In this document: positions 54,405 through 62,600 of the stretch, piece by piece | Layout of the letters: every line of letters begins with the position of its first letter | Numbering within the stretch: position 1 is the stretch's first letter | From: Opitutales bacterium | GTDB taxonomy: Bacteria; Verrucomicrobiota; Verrucomicrobiia; Opitutales; UBA9783 | Reading direction: 5' to 3' | Assembly: GCA_017958565.1 (NCBI GenBank) | Contig: JAGDCJ010000016.1 | Location: 94-64,093 of the forward strand | Length of the DNA stretch: 64,000 nt | The notes under the pieces: model-generated | The model's input: the letters and a program-made list of their open reading frames with translations, nothing else | What the model was told of the DNA's origin: nothing | Databases searched by the model: none | Made by a program: the position numbers and the translations under genes

Positions 54405-57386
54405 CCTCTCCAAGTTATCATATTAGGTGCCGGAAAAGCAAAACAATTAGTGGAGAATCCCTCTTTAGTCCGAGTAGGTATGGAACAGTGTACGTTGGAT
54501 TGGCTGTTGTGTGCCTTTGGAACGCATGCCGCTTTTACGTTTGTGGGGGGATATAAATTGGAAGAAATTACCAAGCGGTATCCGCAATTACAATTCCATG
54601 TGAACAACGATTGGCAACAGACCGGTTGCAACCTTTCTTTGAAATGGTCGCAATTTGATCCGAAAATTCCCGCCTTTGTTTGTTACGGGGATATTCTGTT
54701 GCGTCCCGAATTGTTAGAGAAAATGCGACAAGCAGGAGAGGATGCATCCGTCGATGCGGTGGTTGCCATCGATTCGGATCGTTCTTTGCTCACGACCAAA
54801 CCGTCGTACGAGAGAATGATGGGTGTGTTACATGGGAAAAAAAAGGAATATCCCTTTGTCGGATGCGTATATTTTCAACCCAAAGTTTTGCGTATTCTTC
54901 AGGAGCAGGATTGTTTTTCAAACCACTCTTTTCAACGGTTATCCGACGTGCTGGTTGCGTTAGGAAACGCTTCTGTGCGGTTTCAATGGGTTGATGCGCA
55001 TGGTTTGTGGGCAGAAGTTTTACGGCCGGTGGATGTTGCGCGGTTTGTCTTAACCACGAAAGCACAAACGTTATCGACGTTATCGAAGCGCATTACAAAG
55101 GCGCGCATTTTGCCAGAAGTTTATTTTTCCGTAAACGTTTGGCGGAAGCATTCGGAAGAGCAGATCGAGACGATTTTGCAAACCTTTGGTAAAAAGCCTT
55201 TGGTCGTCCGTAGTAGTTCTTTGCAGGAAGATGGTTTTGTAAAAGCCAATGCTGGAAAGTTTGAAAGTGTCGCACAGGTATGCCCCAATAAAGAGGCCAT
55301 TCGTAAGGCAGTAGAGACTGTCATTCGTTCCTATGGAACCAGCCAAGGCGAAGATCAAGTTTTGGTACAGCCGATGTTGGAAAATGTAGCGGTGAGCGGG
55401 GTTGTTTTTACACGTACGCTGCATTGGGCTGCGCCATATTATGTAGTGAATTACGACCAGCAAGATACCGCATCAGTAACAAGCGGTACCAGTAAGTACG
55501 ATGAAACATTTTATCATTGGAAAACAGCTCCGATTCCTTCTCATGCTCCTTGGTTTTATCCTTCCTTATATGCTTTGTTGCAAGAAATCGAGCAATGTAC
55601 CCAATTGGATGCGTTAGATGTAGAGTTCGCAGTGACGCAGCAAAAAGAATTGTACCTGTTTCAGGTCCGTCCCTTAACCTCGCAGCATTTGCGAGAAATT
55701 GAAGATGAGCAGTTGCAATCGCATCTAGAAGCGGCCGCAGAGCGTTTTGTTGCTTTACAGACACCACCGCCGGATATTCAAGGTGATGCAACCATTTTTG
55801 GCATCATGCCGGATTGGAACCCCGCTGAAATTGTCGGAACGAAACCGCATACGTTGGATATTTCGTTGTATCAAACTGTTATAACGAATTCGATTTGGGC
55901 GCAACAACGCGCAGAGTTTGGGTATCAAGATGTGCGTCCTTACCCGTTGATTGTCAATTTTGTGGGACATCCATATGTAGATGTGCGTGCGAGTATTCAT
56001 TCGTTCTTACCGGCTTCGCTTCCGAAAAAAACCACGCGGAAGCTAGTAACATTTTTCCTAGCGCGATTGAAGCAGCATCCAGCGTGGCACGATAAGTTGG
56101 AATTTATGGTGATGCCGACATGCTACGCGTTCGATTTTGAGGATCGCTGGAAGGAGGTTCTTTTGCAAGAAGCGCATTTGTCGGAAACGGAATATCAAAC
56201 CTACCGATCGGCTTTGCAAACATTGACGCAGTCGGCTTTTGAGAAATGCGATCGATTTTACGAGGAAATGTTGGCGATCGAAGCGCGTTTTGATCGAATT
56301 CAAGCATCGTCTTTGTCCACCGTAGATCAAATTTATGTGTTGTTGCAATCTTGTACAGTTGGTACTCTGAATTTTGCGCACTTAGCGCGCTGTGGGTTTA
56401 TTGCAAGTTCTTTGCTAAAATCCTTTGTCGCAAAAGGTTTGTTGTCTGAAGAGGAAAAGGATGCATGGCTGCATTCGATCCAAACCATTACTGGTCAGTT
56501 TTTTGAGACAACGCAAGCGGCTCTTGCGGGGAAAATAGATCGAGTAAGTGTTATCGAAAAGTACGGTCATTTGCGACCAGGAACCTATGATATTACCTCG
56601 CCTACCTATCGTTCCAATCCCGAAAAGTATCTTTTCCCACCTTCCTTTGGTTACAAGGAGAATACATCGGTACCTCAGCCACTGCCGCCGTCAAAGCCGT
56701 TTGTCGAAGCACTGCAGCAAACTTTTGGGCTTTCGTGGGAAGCTTTTCATCGATTTTTACACCATGCTATTGCAGGTCGAGAGTATTCTAAGTTTATTTT
56801 TACGCGTTATCTTTCTTGTGCCTTGGATGGCATTCAGAAAATCGGGGAAGAAAATGGTTTTTCTGCGGAGGAAATGGCGCATGTTCCCGTGTCGTTGTTT
56901 GAATCGTTGCGGTTAGGATTGGAATCGCCGCGAGACATCCATTCGTTGTTGAAGCGAGCAATCCAGCGAGGAGAGTGGTTGTATCGGGTTACGCAGAGTA
57001 TCGAATTGCCGCCGCTTTTAACGCAAAAGAGTGATTTCTTTTCTTTTTTTACGCAAAAAACCTTGCCAAATTTTATTGGCAATCAGTGTGCTGAAGCGCC
57101 GTTGGTGTATTTGGAAAATTCGCAGCAAATCGAAGGAGAGCGATTAAAAGGGAAATTTGTGTTGATTGAAAAAGCAGACCCTGGCTTTGATTGGATTTTC
57201 AATTATCAGATTGCTGGATTATTGACGGCTTATGGAGGACCGAATTCGCATATGGCCATTCGCTCAGCGGAATTCCAGATTCCAGCAGCGATTGGCATCG
57301 GAGAAGCATTGTTTTCATCCTTGAAAAGTGCACAGTTTGTGCAGTTGGATTGCATCCATCATCGATTGGTGGTGCTTCGATCGTAA
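54393..57386 (+). CDS. fusion protein: N-terminal nucleotidyltransferase-like domain + PEP-utilising/PPDK-type ATP-grasp kinase with swivelling phosphohistidine domain (Cj1418 L-glutamine kinase-like)
   Basis: 997 aa. Residues 1-~220 form an NTase fold (QVIILGAGKAKQL, CYGDILL). Residues ~270-560 form a PPDK_N-type ATP-binding region (LVVRSSSLQEDGFVKANAGKFESV). The C-terminal mobile domain has phosphohistidine motif GGPNSHMAIRSAEFQIPAAIGIG, with the His at about residue 953 (nt 57249-57251). Confidence 0.7.
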   Translation: MLPHPLQVIILGAGKAKQLVENPSLVRVGMEQCTLDWLLCAFGTHAAFTFVGGYKLEEITKRYPQLQFHVNNDWQQTGCNLSLKWSQFDPKIPAFVCYGDILLRPELLEKMRQAGEDASVDAVVAIDSDRSLLTTKPSYERMMGVLHGKKKEYPFVGCVYFQPKVLRILQEQDCFSNHSFQRLSDVLVALGNASVRFQWVDAHGLWAEVLRPVDVARFVLTTKAQTLSTLSKRITKARILPEVYFSVNVWRKHSEEQIETILQTFGKKPLVVRSSSLQEDGFVKANAGKFESVAQVCPNKEAIRKAVETVIRSYGTSQGEDQVLVQPMLENVAVSGVVFTRTLHWAAPYYVVNYDQQDTASVTSGTSKYDETFYHWKTAPIPSHAPWFYPSLYALLQEIEQCTQLDALDVEFAVTQQKELYLFQVRPLTSQHLREIEDEQLQSHLEAAAERFVALQTPPPDIQGDATIFGIMPDWNPAEIVGTKPHTLDISLYQTVITNSIWAQQRAEFGYQDVRPYPLIVNFVGHPYVDVRASIHSFLPASLPKKTTRKLVTFFLARLKQHPAWHDKLEFMVMPTCYAFDFEDRWKEVLLQEAHLSETEYQTYRSALQTLTQSAFEKCDRFYEEMLAIEARFDRIQASSLSTVDQIYVLLQSCTVGTLNFAHLARCGFIASSLLKSFVAKGLLSEEEKDAWLHSIQTITGQFFETTQAALAGKIDRVSVIEKYGHLRPGTYDITSPTYRSNPEKYLFPPSFGYKENTSVPQPLPPSKPFVEALQQTFGLSWEAFHRFLHHAIAGREYSKFIFTRYLSCALDGIQKIGEENGFSAEEMAHVPVSLFESLRLGLESPRDIHSLLKRAIQRGEWLYRVTQSIELPPLLTQKSDFFSFFTQKTLPNFIGNQCAEAPLVYLENSQQIEGERLKGKFVLIEKADPGFDWIFNYQIAGLLTAYGGPNSHMAIRSAEFQIPAAIGIGEALFSSLKSAQFVQLDCIHHRLVVLRS

Positions 57387-57398
57387 GATAAAAGGTCG

Positions 57399-58010
57399 AT
57401 GACAGCTAAAACCTACCTTCGCATCGGTGTCACGCAACGATTTGATATCGTGGAAGATCGGCAGGAAATTCGCGATGCCTTAGATCAGCAATGGACCGTT
57501 TGGTTGCAAAAGCAAGGATTTTTATGCGTTCCGATTCCCAATCGTTGCGATGTTCCCTTGTGGATCGAACAGGTACACCTGGATGGATTGTTGTTGAGCG
57601 GCGGTGGTGATCATCCGACACGTACAGCGTGTGAATCTGCCTGTTTCCGTTATGCGGTTGAGCATCACCTGCCTGTGTTAGGAGTATGTCACGGGATGCA
57701 AGCAATAGCAAAATATTTTGGCGCCCATCTCGTTCCGATCGAAGGACATGTGCGGGTTTTGCATGAAGTCACGATTTTGGCGAACACTTGGCAAATCCCA
57801 ACAGGAAAGCTGACCGTCAATTCCTACCATCATCAGACAATCGACCGCCTTCCGGAAGGATTTTTGCCTTTAGCAACCGATGAACAAGGGCATTGGGAAG
57901 CAATGGTTCATGCGTCGCTTCCGTTCCTCAGTATGATGTGGCATCCCGAGCGGCCGCCCTTTTACGATTGGTTTTCTGCTTTTTTGCATCGATGGTATGA
58001 GAAATGTTAA
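57399..58010 (+). CDS. class I glutamine amidotransferase-like gamma-glutamyl hydrolase (Peptidase_C26/PuuD-type; Cj1417-like)
   Basis: 203 aa. The nucleophile elbow is LGVCHGMQ, and the His-Glu pair lies in MMWHPERP. Confidence 0.8.
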   Translation: MTAKTYLRIGVTQRFDIVEDRQEIRDALDQQWTVWLQKQGFLCVPIPNRCDVPLWIEQVHLDGLLLSGGGDHPTRTACESACFRYAVEHHLPVLGVCHGMQAIAKYFGAHLVPIEGHVRVLHEVTILANTWQIPTGKLTVNSYHHQTIDRLPEGFLPLATDEQGHWEAMVHASLPFLSMMWHPERPPFYDWFSAFLHRWYEKC

Positions 58011-58734
58011 AGTGTTTGTTTTATGTGCGGGGGAAGGACAGCGGCTGCGTCCTTATACGGAGCATCAACCAAAGTGTTTAGTTCCTTATCGCGGAAAGCC
58101 ACTATTGCAATACCAATTGGATGTTTTTCAGCAATTGCACATCACCGATATTACTCTCATCGGTGGGTATCGAGCGGAAGCATTGCCGAAAAACTACCCA
58201 ATCGTTATCAATCCCGATTATGCAACAACAAACATGGTGTATAGCTTGTTTTGTGCTCGTTCGCGCATGACGGAAGACGCAGATTGTATCGTGAGTTATG
58301 GAGATATCCTTTATCACGCCTCGGTTTTGCAAACTTTATTGGAGGATCCGCATCCCATTGGGGTCGTAACGGATGATCATTGGAAAGCTTACTGGTCTCA
58401 GCGCATGGGCGATCCATTGCAAGATGCGGAAACGTTTCGATGGGAAGAAACGACGCATCGATTGTTGGAATTGGGGAAGAAACCAACATCCTTATCGGAT
58501 ATTCAAGGGCAGTACATTGGTTTGGTGAAAATTTCCGCTTCAGAAGTCATTCGTTTTCAACAAACGTATGGTGCGTTTGTAAGGGTTACGCCAACGTATC
58601 GAACCGCTTACATGACGGATTTAATACAATTTTGTATTGATCAAAAGCTTCCTGTCTTTGGTGTGCCCATCAAGGGACGATGGGCGGAATTTGATACCGT
58701 GACCGATTTAACGATGGAGCGGGACATTGTATAA
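57997..58734 (+). CDS. nucleotidyltransferase (LicC/Cj1416-type cytidylyltransferase)
   Basis: 245 aa. VFVLCAGEGQRLRPYTEHQPKCLVP is the NTP-binding loop. NMVYSLFCA and SYGDILY are typical of the LicC-like family. It overlaps the preceding gene by 14 nt. Confidence 0.8.
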   Translation: MRNVKVFVLCAGEGQRLRPYTEHQPKCLVPYRGKPLLQYQLDVFQQLHITDITLIGGYRAEALPKNYPIVINPDYATTNMVYSLFCARSRMTEDADCIVSYGDILYHASVLQTLLEDPHPIGVVTDDHWKAYWSQRMGDPLQDAETFRWEETTHRLLELGKKPTSLSDIQGQYIGLVKISASEVIRFQQTYGAFVRVTPTYRTAYMTDLIQFCIDQKLPVFGVPIKGRWAEFDTVTDLTMERDIV

Positions 58735-58784
58735 ACTCCCTTTTCCTCAATCGGCTGAAGAAAAGAAGATGATTTTAAGGGAAT

Positions 58785-58979
58785 TTACTGGGAAGGGTTA
58801 TCTTCTAATGTGGTTGCTAACGCAAAGACGTCCTTTGTTTCCGCAAAAACATCTTTAGCAACAGCGGTTCTTCGGCTTGCCGGAGAAGATTTTGCGATAG
58901 GTGTGTCTGCGGTCGATGGTTCTGCAAACACAGATATTGTGGGTATTAAGAAAAGGGGAAGAAGGTAGATCGTTTTCAT
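58785..58979 (-). CDS. small predicted secreted protein
   Basis: 64 aa with signal peptide MKTIYLLPLFLIPTISVFA and an internal repeat (KDVFAETKDVFA). The only support is the ORF and the signal-like N-terminus. Confidence 0.3.
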   Translation of the reverse strand: MKTIYLLPLFLIPTISVFAEPSTADTPIAKSSPASRRTAVAKDVFAETKDVFALATTLEDNPSQ

Positions 58980-59606
58980 ATCGAAACCGAAAAGAAGAGC
59001 AAAATTTGTGCCAAATAGATTCCCTGTTCAGGTATTATCCGGTTACCAACCCGATTAGACAGGATAAAAAATAGATTCCAAGGAAGAAATTTTCGTCTAA
59101 AAAAGAGAAATTTTTACCATAGAATGGACGAAAAATTCATGATGACTTTCGATATTTGAAGCAGCATCTAGAAAAGGACGATAAACTAATAAATCAATTA
59201 TTTCTCGTTTATAAAAGGAATTTTGGCGTTTTCCTATTCTTTATTTCATTAGATTCAGCGGTTGGAGTGTATCTCCACGAGCTTTGTGTTCATGGACAAT
59301 GATTTCGGGTTATGAAAAAAGAAAACAGGTACCACTTCGGTGGTATGGCCAGTATAAAGATAGTATGAATAAGATGTTTATTCTCCATGGGTGTATTTAT
59401 TTAGCAGAAATTTTTCAAAAAGTTTTGTTTTTACTTTTTGACTTTTTGGGAGAAGATAGAAACATCCCTGAACAGGGAATATGTAATTTTAGCTGCCAGG
59501 AAGCGGTAAGCGATTGTGCTAAGTGAAAGGAATACGTAAAAAATATATAAATCTCATATAGAATTTTGTGATTTTTCATAATGGTTATCTACTTAGATGT
59601 AAAATT

Positions 59607-62600
59607 TTACACCATTCCTTTCCTTTGGAGCACTCTTTGAAGATCGTTTAAGCAACGTTCTTTATCTGCATAAAAATTAGAACTTCGGATGCGGAAAAAT
59701 TCCCATCCGCAACGTTCCAGTTGCTCTTGGCGTTGTTGATCAGATTCGTATTGTTCAGGACCGTGCCAATAATCACCATCGCACTCAACTGCGAGGCGTT
59801 GATGCCCCGCTTCAATCACTAAATCGATACGTCTCCCTGCGATACGATACTGTGAAATAACACGTAATTTGCGATGTAATAGTTCAAGCGCAACATCTAC
59901 TTCAAACCAACTATCAAAAGGTTCTGGAGCCTTGATAAGGGAACGATCATCTTGTAAAGCGTGTTGCTCGAGTTCTACTAATGACAATCCTGCTATTGAT
60001 TGTTGTTGCTGTGGCTTTAAAAAAAACGCCAACAGACGATAACGTAAATCTGATGAATTGAGATCTTCTAGTCCTAAGGAATGAAAAAGAAACATTTGGT
60101 TACGTGCACGACTGGCGGCAACATTGAAACGTTGTTGATCAGCTGATTTTGTTAAGGTTCCATTGCGTACATTCGTAGCTGCTACCATGGATAAAAAAAT
60201 AACATCTCGTTCATCTCCTTGAAAATGATAAGGATCACCGCAAAGGAGATTCCGTTTTTCATATTCTTTTGTGGATAATCGCGTTAATAATAGTCCTTGA
60301 ATAAAAATCGCTTGTCGTTGTCCCTGTAGGCTAATAACTCCCATTGTTGCATCTTTGTAGCGTGGATCGCGACAACATTCACAAATTTTATCACAAATAG
60401 CTTGTGCTTCTGGTTGATTAACTACACTAGATCCTGTTCCTTCGCGATAACCATTTTGAACAAAGATGTGTTGTATCGGAGGAAGTGAATAAGCATCCTG
60501 TCTCAAAGGAATAAGTGGCGTTTTTGAATAACAAAGATCATTACTGAAAGCAATTATTTCGGGTAGGCATCGAAAATGTTCGCGTAGGGTTACACAATGA
60601 GTACCGCAGTGTAAGCACGCTTGATCAAATAAGCTGCTATCCGGTTGCAAAGTATCTACATAGTCAAAATCGAACAAATATTTTTTATGAAGTTTGATCA
60701 TATCTTCCGTTTTGATTCCAATACTTTGCGGACTTATTTGTTGATTATCACCAACAACTATCATTTTTTTTGTCAATCCGAATAAAAAAATTCCTTCCAG
60801 TCCACACTGAGAAGCTTCGTCTACAATTATCACATCGAAAGGATTTTTTGCTGAAATAGTGCTGATGACACGATACAAAGGCATAATCCAAGCTGGAATT
60901 ACATCTTTGCATTTTTCTAAATGCTGTTGTGCCTCTTTTTGATGTATCCACGCATACTTTCCTATTCCTTTGCCTACTCTTTTTAATGCTAGTTGCCATG
61001 CCTGCATATGGAGATAATGGGAATCGGAAAGATTTTTTAATGTATTATTCCATGCATGATAAACTGCTAATGATAATAGCTGTTTTTGAATTTCTTTATC
61101 TACTTGGTGTATGCGTTTTTGTACGGAAATGGCATTTTCTTTTTTTTGATATGTTTCTAGCCAATCGGCAGCTTCTTTCCAATAATATCCTTTATCGAAT
61201 TCTTCGATGTGTTCTAGAACTTTTTCTGTTATCTCGTTCGTTTCAAGTGTTTTAATAAAATGCGGAAAATATTTTACTAATTTTTCATGTATCGATTCCC
61301 ATGTTTTAAATCGTGAAAACATATCTGATCTTTTCTGATTTTCTTCGACAAGTTTTTGGTAAGTTGAAGTATATAAATCAGCTTTCTTTTCTCTAATAGC
61401 ACACAAAAGTGTACTTACCATCGGATGTTTGTCATGAGGTAACCACTGCTGTTTTAAGTTTTCAAACGTACGTTTGCATGATGATTGTTCTTCCAATATT
61501 TCAATAAATTTAGAAAGATCTTTTATCTTATCATACGGTAATTCCAAACAAGCCCTCAAATAAGTATGAGAGAAACCTTCTTCCTTTAAAGATAGGGAAA
61601 AATTCAACATTATATTTATATGTTGAATTTGCTTTAACATGTTATCCCAACTTTCATCTGTAAGATGAAAATTTGTACTTACTGATTTTAGTGAGCGTTT
61701 AATTTCGAGACACTTTTTTACGAGTTCAAAATCGTCTTTTGTTTTCAAAGTATGACCTTCGCAGGAGATTTCTTCCAATACATAGGAACGTGTTTTAAGA
61801 ATTTTGGGGCGAAACCATAAATGCCTTAGTTTACCCCCACGTTCTAGGTGTTGCAGTACGCAAAGGATATCGGTAAAAAGTTTTTCTAAAGGAATTCCTT
61901 CGGGTAGGATTAATGTCGCGAGTTTCGAGCGATGTAAGTCTATTTCTTTGCCTAAACTCTGTAAACACTGATAACGATTATCCCATTCTTTCATTTCCCC
62001 TCGTTCAAATGCCATTAAAAATGGTTTCATCCACTGGTTATCAGAACTCTGTCGTTCTTGTGCAATGAGTTGTATCTTTTTCAAAGAAGATCGTAAAAGC
62101 TCTGTATTTCCTTTCCGATATTCATCGTACAGCCATTCGATGAACGCCTTATCGTATAAAGAGGCGAGGGTTACAAGACTTGATGATAAACATTGTTCCC
62201 TATGTAGGAGATCTTCAAAGAATTTTGGTTCTGTCTTATGTGGAATAGGAATCGGTTTTTCAAGTTTAAAATTTTCTTTGTGAAAACATTTGGAGTCCTC
62301 GACAAAGGAGTTTAAGGCTTGCTTTAAAACATCAAAATTTTGAAAAGCGTTTTTAAAATCAACCGTCTTGTCTAGGAACCATTCATATGGGTTTCGTCCT
62401 TCTTGTATCTGTTGAACGATATGCGTAGGAGTTCCACTATAAAGATCGTTGATTTTTACTACGTCAGTTTCTTTTTTGCGTCCAGCTTTGAGATCTTGAT
62501 TTAACGTTACGCGCTCTTTGCGCAACCTATCTAACTGCTCTTTACAAGTTTTTGCTTTTCTTTCTTCTTTTTCTTGTTCCCAAGTATTTTTTTGAGAAAA

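Noticed and set aside
59284-59526. 80-aa plus-strand ORF in the AT-rich spacer upstream of the helicase-nuclease 3' end
   Set aside because: I found no motif, no convincing RBS and an odd composition. It lies in a region where random ORFs are expected. I did not annotate it as a gene.
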